From IMG/VR virus record IMGVR_UViG_2698536348_000007, positions 1 through 17,256 of that record: a stretch of DNA of 17,256 nt, one strand, 5' to 3'. The translations under genes were made by a program, and so were the position numbers. The notes beneath the pieces are model-generated. The model was not told the DNA's origin. It saw only the letters and a list, made by a program, of their open reading frames with translations, and made no database searches. Below are positions 1 through 7,015 of the stretch, in pieces (position 1 is the first letter of the stretch; the number at the start of each line of letters is the position of its first letter). Source of the DNA: a virus (lineage: Duplodnaviria; Heunggongvirae; Uroviricota; Caudoviricetes).

Positions 1-2
1 GG

Positions 3-629
3 GGAAAAACGAGTATTTTTAGTCATCCTGTTTACCTCTTTCTCAGGAAGTTTAGTCTCCAGGATTCCCGGGGCGGTTCAGGTCGTTTCATTGAGGAAAA
101 ACACTTCTTCAAACTTGAAGGTGAAACTTTACGTGAGTTCAAGCACAGAGTAGCTTTTAACTACTCTGTGAAAATTGCCCGTAACGTTCGCTCCCTCATC
201 CTCTGGACAGAACGAGGCGCAGCCCGTCACGCCAAAATGCTAGAAACCGATCAGGCGTGGGATGTGTTCGAAAAACTGGAAGACTGCTATTTCAGCCAGT
301 GCGAGAAAAATACTGGCAAACAAGAGAAGAAGCCCAACGGGCTTTCCGCAAAAGAAACAGACAGCCTTGTATGGCTGTGGGATTATGCCAACCGCTCACA
401 GGCATTGTTCCGTGAGTTGTATCCCGCATTAAAACTGATTCAGTCTGGCTATTCCGGCATATGCCACGACTACGGCTATGAGTTCTCGTATATCATCGGG
501 AGGGCGAGGGGCGTTTTAATTAATCACACGCGGGATATAGATATTTATGAGCCTGACGGGCCGACGAACCTTCTGGCATGGGAAAGGCTTAAGAACAAAG
601 AGTTGCCGCCTTCACTGCATCGCTACTGA
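3..629 (+). CDS. 5'-truncated phage early-region protein of unknown function (possibly antirepressor-like); start codon lies upstream of the window
   Basis: Reading frame is open from the window edge (no in-frame stop from position 3 to the TAC-TGA at 627-629). The first in-frame start codon in the window is GTG at 168 and has no Shine-Dalgarno, so the real start is probably upstream. A strong intrinsic terminator follows. Confidence 0.45.
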   Translation, partial: GKTSIFSHPVYLFLRKFSLQDSRGGSGRFIEEKHFFKLEGETLREFKHRVAFNYSVKIARNVRSLILWTERGAARHAKMLETDQAWDVFEKLEDCYFSQCEKNTGKQEKKPNGLSAKETDSLVWLWDYANRSQALFRELYPALKLIQSGYSGICHDYGYEFSYIIGRARGVLINHTRDIDIYEPDGPTNLLAWERLKNKELPPSLHRY

Positions 630-646
630 CAATTGACAACTTAACA

Positions 647-670
647 AACCCAGCTTCGGCTGGGTTTTTT
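647..670 (+). terminator. Rho-independent terminator after the first ORF
   Basis: Hairpin aacccagc-ttcg-gctgggtt followed by a T-run (664-670), 18 nt after the stop codon. Confidence 0.6.
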
Positions 671-697
671 ATTGCTGAATTTTCAATATGAGAGGAC

Positions 698-1426
698 ATG
701 ACAATGAATGAGCTGATAAATAGCAGCATCATCAAAATGACCAGCATTGAAATCGCTGAGTTGGTGGGGAGTCGTCCAGATAACGTAAAAATATCAATAG
801 AGCGCCTGGCTGAATCTGGAGTTATTCAACTTCCTGCATTGCAGGTTTTCGAAAAAATCAATAACTTAGGACTGCGCCGTAGTGTCGAGGCTTACGTCTT
901 CGAAGGCGAACAAGGTAAGCGAGACAGCATTATTGTCGTCGCCCAATTGTCGCCGGAATTCACCGCTCGTCTTGTTGACCGTTGGCGAGAGCTTGAAGGG
1001 GCAACCGCGAAAATACCACAAACCTTTTCTGAGGCATTGCGCCTTGCGGCCGACCTTGAAGACCAGAAGGCTGAACTGGAGAAACAGCTTGCTCTCGCAG
1101 CACCTAAAGTTGAGTTTGCCGATCGAGTTGGCGAGGCCAGCGGAATTTTGATTGGAAACTTTGCAAAGGTTGTTGGTATTGGTCCAAACAAACTGTTTGC
1201 GTGGATGCGCGATCACAAAATCCTTATTGCTTCAGGTTCCCGGCGCAATGTGCCAATGCAGGAATATATGGATCGCGGCTATTTCACAGTGAAAGAAACA
1301 GCGGTCAATACAAATCACGGAATACAGATCTCGTTCACCACAAAAATCACCGGGCGTGGTCAACAGTGGCTGACCAGAAAGCCGCTCGATAACGGAATGC
1401 TGAAAGTAACAGGGGAGGCTGCTTAA
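698..1426 (+). CDS. roi: Roi-like phage DNA-binding/antirepressor protein with C-terminal KilAC (ANT) domain
   Basis: 242-aa ORF. The C-terminal segment FAKVVGIGPNKLFAWMRDHKIL...YMDRGYFTVKE...TTKITGRGQQWL matches the KilAC/ANT antirepressor domain as I recall it; position upstream of ybcO-rusA-Q fits Roi of HK022/H-19B-type phages. The ATG at 704 has better spacing to the AGAGGA Shine-Dalgarno than the ATG at 698, so the true start may be 704. Confidence 0.8.
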   Translation: MTMNELINSSIIKMTSIEIAELVGSRPDNVKISIERLAESGVIQLPALQVFEKINNLGLRRSVEAYVFEGEQGKRDSIIVVAQLSPEFTARLVDRWRELEGATAKIPQTFSEALRLAADLEDQKAELEKQLALAAPKVEFADRVGEASGILIGNFAKVVGIGPNKLFAWMRDHKILIASGSRRNVPMQEYMDRGYFTVKETAVNTNHGIQISFTTKITGRGQQWLTRKPLDNGMLKVTGEAA

Positions 1427-1716
1427 TGGCTAACCTACGCAAAGAAGCGCGCGGCAGAGAATGCCAGGTACGGATTTACGGCGTATGCAATGGCAATCCT
1501 GAAACGACAGTTCTGGCACATTACCGGATGGCTGGAATTTGCGGAACGGGAATGAAGCCTGACGACCTGATCGGTGCATGGGCTTGTAGTGACTGCCACG
1601 CGGAGATCGACCGACGCACCCGAATTCTCGACAACAACGACGCCAGACTTTACCACCTGGAAGGCGTGATCAGGACGCAGGCGATATTGCTGAAGGAGGG
1701 GAAGATTAAGTCATGA
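1426..1716 (+). CDS. ybcO: YbcO-like DUF1364 protein (putative nuclease) of the nin region
   Basis: 96-aa ORF, Cys/His-rich (CQVRIYGVCNG...CSDCHAEID), resembles DLP12 YbcO from memory. Start overlaps the roi stop (TAATG) and is preceded by AGGGGAGG. Confidence 0.75.
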   Translation: MANLRKEARGRECQVRIYGVCNGNPETTVLAHYRMAGICGTGMKPDDLIGAWACSDCHAEIDRRTRILDNNDARLYHLEGVIRTQAILLKEGKIKS

Positions 1717-2075
1717 ATGAATATGAGTTTGTGCTTCCCTGGCCGCCGACGGTGAATACCTACTGGCGAAGACGGGGAAGCCAGTACTACATCAGCGATA
1801 AAGGCCAGAAATACCGAAAAGACGTACAGCAAATCATCCGGCAACTCAGATTAGACATTTTCACTAAATCACGACTTCGCATCACAATTATTGCTGAACC
1901 ACCAGATTCCCGCCGTCGCGACCTCGATAACATCCTGAAAGGTTTACTCGACTCTCTTATCCACGCCGGATTTGCGGAAGACGACGAGCAATTCGATGAC
2001 ATTCGCGTAATTCGCGGCGTGAAAGTGCCTGGCGGTAGAGTGGGGATAAAAATCACCGAACTGGAGAACATTTGA
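1713..2075 (+). CDS. rusA: Holliday junction resolvase RusA
   Basis: 120-aa ORF with hallmark RusA motifs (LPWPPTVNTYW..., RRRDLDNILKGLLDSL). Strong Shine-Dalgarno GAAGGAGGGG upstream; start overlaps the ybcO stop (ATGA). Confidence 0.9.
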   Translation: MNEYEFVLPWPPTVNTYWRRRGSQYYISDKGQKYRKDVQQIIRQLRLDIFTKSRLRITIIAEPPDSRRRDLDNILKGLLDSLIHAGFAEDDEQFDDIRVIRGVKVPGGRVGIKITELENI

Positions 2076-2269
2076 TGAATGCTAAAATTCAAACGATACC
2101 TGAATTACTGATCTGCACCAGGGGAAATCAGACAGAAGTCGCCAGAATACTGAACTGCAATCGTGCTACAGTCAGAAAATACATTGATGATAAAGATGCG
2201 AAAAAGCACGCCGTCGTCAATGGCGTCCTTATGGTTCATCGCGGATGGGGTAAAGATACTGATGCGTGA
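2075..2269 (+). CDS. ninH: NinH-like small DNA-binding protein
   Basis: Strong resemblance to lambda NinH ([38 protein letters not shown]). The ORF track starts at TTG 2072; the ATG at 2075 overlaps the rusA stop (TGATG) and is the more likely start. Confidence 0.8.
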   Translation: MNAKIQTIPELLICTRGNQTEVARILNCNRATVRKYIDDKDAKKHAVVNGVLMVHRGWGKDTDA

Positions 2270-2696
2270 TATCCGGCAGGTTCTTGAGCGCTGGGGGGCA
2301 TGGGCGGTAAATAACTATGAGGATGTTACATGGTCGCCCATTGCTGCCGGATTTAAGGGACTGATCCCCGAAAAAGTAAAATCACGTCCACAGTGCTGTG
2401 ACGATGATGCGATGGTGATATGCGGGTGCATAGCCCGCCTTTACCGGAACAATCGCGATCTGCATGACTTGCTGGTTGATTACTACGTGTTGGGGGAGAC
2501 GTTCATGGCGCTGGCACGGAAACATGGGTGCTCTGACACCTGTATAGGTAAACGCCTTCACAAAGCGGAGGGGATTGTTGAAGGCATGCTGATGATGCTG
2601 GGAGTGAGGCTTGAGATGGATCGGTATGTTGAGCGTGAATTGCCGGGAGGGAGAAGCTCTGTATTTTATCAGCGAAAAAATAGTTTACGATCGTAA
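2262..2696 (+). CDS. Q: Late-gene antitermination protein Q (phage 21/82 QuuD-like family)
   Basis: From the ATG at 2262 the product ([25 protein letters not shown]...[16 protein letters not shown]...) matches Q/QuuD-type antiterminators from memory. The upstream extension of the track ORF (2163) overlaps ninH and is rejected. Position immediately before the late promoter/lysis region fits. Confidence 0.85.
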   Translation: MRDIRQVLERWGAWAVNNYEDVTWSPIAAGFKGLIPEKVKSRPQCCDDDAMVICGCIARLYRNNRDLHDLLVDYYVLGETFMALARKHGCSDTCIGKRLHKAEGIVEGMLMMLGVRLEMDRYVERELPGGRSSVFYQRKNSLRS

Positions 2697-2720
2697 AAAT
2701 CTGCATATCATGATAAGAGT
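2684..2720 (+). promoter_or_regulatory. Candidate late promoter PR' / Q-utilisation region at the end of Q
   Basis: -35-like TTTACG (2684-2689), about 16-bp spacer, -10-like TATCAT (2706-2711), with a second -10-like GATAAG just downstream. In lambdoid phages PR' sits directly after Q. Hexamer matches are weak, so the exact placement is uncertain. Confidence 0.3.
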
Positions 2721-2741
2721 GGTTACATTGCCACGCAGCCG

Positions 2742-2766
2742 AACCCGCCGATGCGCGGGTTTTTTT
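2742..2766 (+). terminator. Intrinsic terminator 45-70 nt downstream of Q (candidate tR' or Q-gene terminator)
   Basis: GC stem cccgc/gcggg (2744-2748 / 2755-2759) followed by T7 (2760-2766). Confidence 0.5.
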
Positions 2767-2946
2767 GTACCCAGAATCCTGTGAGCTATACGGAAAGTAC
2801 ACAGAAAGGAAGGTACGACCGCAATTAATAACAAAATCTTAAAAATCTCATATGGCACTATTAGTTTTCTAAATATTGTATATTTTAAGTATTGCAGGAT
2901 AACCCTGTAACGAAGTTTGCGTAACAGCATTTTGCTCTACGAGTTT

Positions 2947-2976
2947 GCCAGCCTCCCCTGGTGGCTGGCTTTTTTT
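2947..2976 (+). terminator. Intrinsic terminator (alternative tR' candidate)
   Basis: 7-bp stem gccagcc/ggctggc (2947-2953 / 2963-2969), 9-nt loop, followed by T7 (2970-2976). Confidence 0.55.
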
Positions 2977-3094
2977 GTATCCGTTCAACGGGAATGTTAC
3001 ATACCTCACAATTAAGTCAGTTGAATGTTGTCTGCCCGGATGAGAATTTGTTAGAAAAAACTGCATGGTGAATCCCCCTGAGCGGAGGGGCGAC

Positions 3095-3120
3095 TGGTGA
3101 CGGTATAATCTCTGATTATC
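3095..3120 (+). promoter_or_regulatory. Promoter-like element: consensus -10 TATAAT (3104-3109) with a downstream -10-like repeat GATTAT (3114-3119)
   Basis: Perfect TATAAT hexamer in a non-coding interval; upstream A-tract (3054-3060); -35 is poor. A -10-like repeat just downstream is the architecture of sigma70 promoter-proximal pause sites used by Q antiterminators. Confidence 0.3.
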
Positions 3121-3208
3121 AAAACGAGAATGACGCGGGTTTAGTGGCACCGGGCTGAACTCACCGGGAGGCACCCGGCACCATGCAATGGCACATAGCG
3201 CCACTCTC

Positions 3209-3234
3209 CAGCCCCTCTCCGGAGGGGCTTTCTT
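3209..3234 (+). terminator. Intrinsic terminator-like hairpin closing a candidate ~115-nt small transcript
   Basis: Perfect 7-bp stem gcccctc/gaggggc (3211-3217 / 3222-3228) with tetraloop tccg, followed by tttctt. Confidence 0.45.
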
Positions 3235-3240
3235 ATGGAC

Positions 3241-3268
3241 AAAAAAGCCCGCGCTGGGAGACGCGGGC
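3241..3268 (-). terminator. Minus-strand intrinsic terminator convergent with the previous hairpin
   Basis: On the + strand: A6 (3241-3246) then 7-bp stem gcccgcg/cgcgggc (3247-3253 / 3262-3268). Read on the - strand this is a hairpin followed by U6. Confidence 0.4.
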
Positions 3269-3461
3269 GGCAAGGAATGAACAATGAAACGTGAAGTAAT
3301 ATTTCAGCTGGCGAATAATACCCCATAGTAATCACTCTGCGCAACTGCGCGACCTTTTTCGAATTGCGGGCTGTAGTCTCCCTTCTGCCATTGTCCTGTA
3401 ACTTCCGGACTTCAGCCCGCTCCTTATTTTACTCACAATATTATCCCGGCCGGGAGGATTC

Positions 3462-5372
3462 ATGGCATTTAAACACTATGATGTTGTCAGGGCGGCGTCG
3501 CCGTCAGACCTTGCGAAACGAATAACTCAAAAACTGAAGGAAGGGTGGCAGCCTTATGGTAGTGCGCTGATTTCGACAGCTGGTTATGGTGCGGAGTTCA
3601 TCCAGCCAGTTGTGAGTGAGGGGAGCATCTCATCACCAGAGGAGCCAGGCAACCGTCCGACGACCTCAGCGCCTTCTGTTGCGCCAGAATATTACTATGT
3701 GATCGCGCTTGCTGGTCAGTCCAATGGTATGTCATACGGTGAGGGACTGCCATTACCGGATACATTCGACAGCCCTGATCCACGTATTAAACAGTTAGCG
3801 CGTCGCAGTACGGTGACACCGGGCGGTGCAGCATGCAAATATAACGACATCATTCCGGCGGACCATTGTCTGCATGATGTGCAGGACATGAGCCGTCTTA
3901 ACCATCCGAAAGCGGACCTGTCAAAGGGGCAGTACGGAACCGTGGGGCAGGGGCTGCATATCGCCAAAAAACTGCTGCCGTTTATACCGGCGAATGCGGG
4001 CATTCTGCTGGTTCCGTGCTGTCGTGGTGGTTCAGCGTTCACCACCGGAGCTGATGGCACATACAGTGACGCGAGTGGCGCCTCGGAGAATTCAACCCGC
4101 TGGGGTGTGGACAAGCCGCTGTATAAGGACCTTATCGGTCGAACAAAAGCGGCACTGGAGAAGAACCCGAAAAATGTGCTGTTTGCCGTGGTGTGGATGC
4201 AGGGGGAATTTGATTTTGGCGGTACGCCGGCAAATCATGCCGCACAGTTTGGTGCGCTGGTTGATAAATTCCGTGCAGACCTGGCGGATATGGCAGGCCA
4301 GTGCGTCGGTGGCTCTGCTGGCGGTGTTCCCTGGATATGCGGGGACACGACGTATTTCTGGAAGCAGAAGAACGAATCCACGTACCAGACGGTGTACGGC
4401 AGCTATAAAAATAAAACGGAAAAGAATATCCATTTCGTACCGTTCATGACCGATGAGAACGGGGTGAATGTGCCGACGAACAAACCGGAAGAAGACCCGG
4501 ACATTCCGGGTATCGGTTATTACGGTTCGAAATGGCGTGACAGCTCAGCCACCTGGACGTCACAGGACAGGGCGAGCCATTTCAGTTCATGGGCTCGCCG
4601 TGGGATTATTTCCGACCGTCTGGCAACGGCGATTCTGAGCTGCGCGGGTAAGTCTTCTGCGTTTGTTAATGGTACTGCCGGGGTGGTTGTTCCAGACAGA
4701 CCGGTTACCACCTCAGAGTCTGTAATTTTTTACGATGCCAAAAAAGCTACAGACAATCAGCTGAAACCCTATGGCTGGGACGGTGTGTATGGCAGGCGCA
4801 CACTGGTTGATGACAGCGGCAATAAAGCTCTGCGAATTGAGAAAAATAACAGCGCGAAATCCTGGTCAATGTACTGTGATATTGCTGCAGACAAGGCAAA
4901 ACTTTTACTGGAAAAAGGCGGGGAAATTGCTGTCCGGTTTAAAATCCCCGAAAACGTCAATCTTGAGACAACCAGAAACAAGTATGCCTTTGGTTTGTAC
5001 TGGCGAATAGCGGAATGGCCGGGTGAGGGTGGTGAAGGCCATCTGAGTTCTTTCTTTGTCCAGACAGATAAAGCCAGTATTAATGTTGCATACCATCATA
5101 CAGTTAATCAACAAAAAGAACTTGGCACGTTTGGCGCATTCGACCATGACTGGCATACGCTTGCATTTAAATTTAAGGGCAGTAACAGCATTAATGTTAC
5201 TCCGGTGCTTGATGGTGTGGATGGACAGGCGTTTGACCTGGTGAAATGGGCCAATACTGCTAATGGACTCAACAGGTTTGTCATTACGGATATTACAGGT
5301 AGTGCAGAAACCTACCCTGTACTTATTGATACGGTGGAAGTTAAAGCAAACAAAGCTGGAGCAGCCGCATAA
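3462..5372 (+). CDS. nanS-p: NanS-p-type prophage sialate (9-O-acetyl-N-acetylneuraminate) esterase, YjhS-like; N-terminal DUF1737-like domain plus SASA/SGNH esterase domain
   Basis: 636-aa ORF with GGAGG Shine-Dalgarno 6 nt upstream. N-terminus MAFKHYDVVRAASPSDLAKRITQKLKEGWQPYG and the ALAGQSNGMSYGEG...VVWMQGEFD esterase core match the nanS-p/yjhS family found downstream of stx in Stx phages, from memory. Sits in the Q-to-holin moron locus. Confidence 0.85.
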   Translation: MAFKHYDVVRAASPSDLAKRITQKLKEGWQPYGSALISTAGYGAEFIQPVVSEGSISSPEEPGNRPTTSAPSVAPEYYYVIALAGQSNGMSYGEGLPLPDTFDSPDPRIKQLARRSTVTPGGAACKYNDIIPADHCLHDVQDMSRLNHPKADLSKGQYGTVGQGLHIAKKLLPFIPANAGILLVPCCRGGSAFTTGADGTYSDASGASENSTRWGVDKPLYKDLIGRTKAALEKNPKNVLFAVVWMQGEFDFGGTPANHAAQFGALVDKFRADLADMAGQCVGGSAGGVPWICGDTTYFWKQKNESTYQTVYGSYKNKTEKNIHFVPFMTDENGVNVPTNKPEEDPDIPGIGYYGSKWRDSSATWTSQDRASHFSSWARRGIISDRLATAILSCAGKSSAFVNGTAGVVVPDRPVTTSESVIFYDAKKATDNQLKPYGWDGVYGRRTLVDDSGNKALRIEKNNSAKSWSMYCDIAADKAKLLLEKGGEIAVRFKIPENVNLETTRNKYAFGLYWRIAEWPGEGGEGHLSSFFVQTDKASINVAYHHTVNQQKELGTFGAFDHDWHTLAFKFKGSNSINVTPVLDGVDGQAFDLVKWANTANGLNRFVITDITGSAETYPVLIDTVEVKANKAGAAA

Positions 5373-5377
5373 TTGCT

Positions 5378-5414
5378 AAAAAAAGCCGCCAGCGGCAGGA
5401 ATGGAAGCTGGCGG
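5378..5414 (-). terminator. Minus-strand intrinsic terminator directly after the nanS-p stop
   Basis: + strand: A7 (5378-5384) then 8-bp stem ccgccagc/gctggcgg (5386-5393 / 5407-5414) with a 13-nt loop. No T-run follows on the + strand, so it works as a terminator only for leftward transcription (it may still stabilise the 3' end of nanS-p mRNA). Confidence 0.4.
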
Positions 5415-5511
5415 AGGTAATCCCAATGGAGAATGTAAAGAAAAGATGCTTTCGTACATTGGTTTTTTAAATGAAAACAATTCTCATTGTCAACCATAAC
5501 GGTAAGAAATT

Positions 5512-5694
5512 ATGACATTTATTCATCAGGTGATGCTGTACTTCTGTACGGCGGTCTGTGTGCTGTATCTTCTTTCGGGTGGGTACAGGGCTGTGCGCGA
5601 TTTCTGGTGCAGGCAGATTGATAAAAGGGCCGCTGAGAAAATCAGCGCCAGTCAGTCAGCCGGAAGCAAACCCGAAGAACCCGTTACTCCTTAA
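5512..5694 (+). CDS. Hypothetical small membrane protein (60 aa; one predicted transmembrane helix followed by a charged tail)
   Basis: ORF MTFIHQVMLYFCTAVCVLYLLSGG... Weak Shine-Dalgarno. A 14-codon upstream ORF (5471-5515, MKTILIVNHNGKKL) ends with a TGA overlapping this ATG (ATGA). A promoter-like TTGTCA (5487-5492) lies just upstream. Coding status is uncertain. Confidence 0.3.
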   Translation: MTFIHQVMLYFCTAVCVLYLLSGGYRAVRDFWCRQIDKRAAEKISASQSAGSKPEEPVTP

Positions 5695-5719
5695 CAACCC
5701 CTTTCAGCGAGAAAATCCC

Positions 5720-5965
5720 ATGTCAGAAATCACATCCCTGGTCACTGCAGAGGCAGTGAAGGAAGTCCTGCGCTCTGAAGAAGTCCGGAGCGCACTGAAA
5801 CAGAAACTTCGCCAGAATCTTGAGTCGCGTCTTGATGCAGAAGTGGATGCCATTCTGGATGAGCTGCTGGGCGTAGCAGCGGTTCCTGAGCCGGAAGGTA
5901 TCGCGGGTGACGGGAGTGCTTCAGATGGCGGTGAACCTACACCTGACAGCGACATGATGATGTAA
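5720..5965 (+). CDS. Hypothetical acidic protein (82 aa) upstream of the holin
   Basis: [54 protein letters not shown]... has protein-like helical composition and an acidic C-terminus. Weak GAGA Shine-Dalgarno. The antisense ORF 5704-5955 is low-complexity and rejected. Confidence 0.4.
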   Translation: MSEITSLVTAEAVKEVLRSEEVRSALKQKLRQNLESRLDAEVDAILDELLGVAAVPEPEGIAGDGSASDGGEPTPDSDMMM

Positions 5966-6041
5966 GCATGCGCAAGGGACCATCGGTGTGTGCCGGTGGT
6001 CTTTATATTGTTGTGAGCTTCCGGATTGCGGGAGACGGGGT

Positions 6042-6257
6042 ATGTACCAGATGGAAAAAATCACAACAGGTGTGTCATACACCACGTCAGCGGTGGGAAC
6101 GGGCTACTGGTTCCTGCAGTTGCTGGACAGGGTTTCCCCGTCTCAGTGGGCGGCAATAGGCGTGCTGGGGAGTCTGCTGTTTGGGCTGCTGACGTACCTG
6201 ACTAACCTGTATTTCAAAATCAAAGAGGACCGGCGTAAGGCGGCGCGGGGAGAGTAA
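6042..6257 (+). CDS. S: Class II holin/antiholin, S21-type (pinholin-like) with dual start motif
   Basis: From the ATG at 6042 the product [71 protein letters not shown] closely resembles phage 21 S (from memory). Two in-frame starts (M1 and M4 at 6051) are typical of holin/antiholin pairs. GGGAGACGGGG Shine-Dalgarno upstream. The longer track ORF from 5988 is rejected. Confidence 0.85.
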   Translation: MYQMEKITTGVSYTTSAVGTGYWFLQLLDRVSPSQWAAIGVLGSLLFGLLTYLTNLYFKIKEDRRKAARGE

Positions 6258-6261
6258 GCTG

Positions 6262-6795
6262 ATGAGCAGGAAATTCCGCTATGGTTTATCAGCGGTCGTT
6301 CTGGCGCTGATTGCTGCGGGCGCTTCTGCGCCTGAAATCCTCGACCAGTTTCTTGACGAAAAAGAAGGTAACCACACCACGGCATACCGTGATGGTGCGG
6401 GTATCTGGACTATCTGCCGCGGTGCCATCCTGGTGGATGGCAAACCTGTCGTTCCGGGCATGAAGTTGTCGAAGGAAAAATGCGACCGGGTTAACGCCAT
6501 TGAGCGTGATAAGGCGCTGGCATGGGTGGAGAAAAACATCAGAGTGCCACTGACCGAACCGCAGAAAGCGGGCATCGCGTCATTCTGTCCGTACAACATC
6601 GGGCCTTCGAAATGCTTCACCTCAACGTTTTACCGGAAACTGAACGCAGGAGACCGGAAAGGTGCATGTGCTGAAATCCGCCGATGGATATATGACGGCG
6701 GCAGGGACTGTCGGAACCGCTCAAATAACTGTTACGGGCAGGTATCGCGGCGTGACCAGGAGAGCGCGCTGGCGTGCTGGAGTATCGACAGATAA
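6262..6795 (+). CDS. R: SAR endolysin (R21-type, T4-lysozyme-like muramidase, GH24)
   Basis: 177-aa ORF with a Gly/Ala-rich N-terminal signal-anchor-release segment (YGLSAVVLALIAAGASAPE) and catalytic signature EGNHTTAYRDGAGIWTICRG (E...D...T). Immediately follows the holin; GGGGAGAG Shine-Dalgarno. Confidence 0.9.
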   Translation: MSRKFRYGLSAVVLALIAAGASAPEILDQFLDEKEGNHTTAYRDGAGIWTICRGAILVDGKPVVPGMKLSKEKCDRVNAIERDKALAWVEKNIRVPLTEPQKAGIASFCPYNIGPSKCFTSTFYRKLNAGDRKGACAEIRRWIYDGGRDCRNRSNNCYGQVSRRDQESALACWSIDR

Positions 6796-6879
6796 GCAGA
6801 ATATTCTGCTGAAAAATGCCGTTGACCAACGCGAACGGATAACACGAAATCCTGCGAACTGGCAAAATTTAAGTGAGTA

Positions 6880-6926
6880 AAAGTAAAAACCCCGTTTGTT
6901 GGCAGCAAGCGGGGTTTTGTGTTTCT
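6880..6926. terminator. Bidirectional intrinsic terminator between endolysin and Rz
   Basis: 9-bp stem ccccgtttg/caagcgggg (6890-6898 / 6906-6914, one G-U pair) with 7-nt loop, flanked by an A-rich tract upstream (6880-6889) and a T-rich tract downstream (6915-6926). Confidence 0.5.
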
Positions 6927-7015
6927 GACCTTGAATAAGGCAAGGGAGAAATTATGGGTAGGGAGGTTCTTTCCCTGTGAGGAAGTATAAAAGATTCTTT
7001 CTGAGGTTGTCCATT

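Noticed and set aside
633-638. Consensus -35 hexamer TTGACA upstream of roi
   Set aside because: No acceptable -10 hexamer at 16-18 bp spacing; the position falls inside the upstream terminator hairpin, so promoter function is doubtful.
2163-2261. Upstream extension of the Q ORF to the ATG at 2163
   Set aside because: The extension lies entirely within ninH in another frame and has no homology to Q; the conserved Q N-terminus ([14 protein letters not shown]) begins at 2262.
3145-3200. TGGCAC motifs resembling the -24 element of sigma-54 promoters
   Set aside because: None is followed at the correct spacing by a TTGCA-type -12 element.
2869-3344. Minus-strand ORFs of 134 aa (2869-3273) and 67 aa (3141-3344) in the Q-nanS intergenic interval
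   Set aside because: Proline/arginine-rich low-complexity translations, no ribosome-binding sites, and they run through the GC-rich hairpins; more likely antisense artefacts of structured non-coding DNA.
4509-4522. tRNA T-loop-like motif GGTTCGAA
   Set aside because: Lies inside the nanS-p coding sequence with no flanking acceptor/anticodon stems; no tRNA-like structure recognised anywhere in the window, including the Q-nanS interval where Stx phages carry tRNAs.
5988-6041. Upstream extension of the holin ORF ([18 protein letters not shown]...)
   Set aside because: Cys/Arg-rich junk-like peptide with no ribosome-binding site; the holin family begins at the MYQMEK dual-start motif at 6042/6051, which has a good Shine-Dalgarno.
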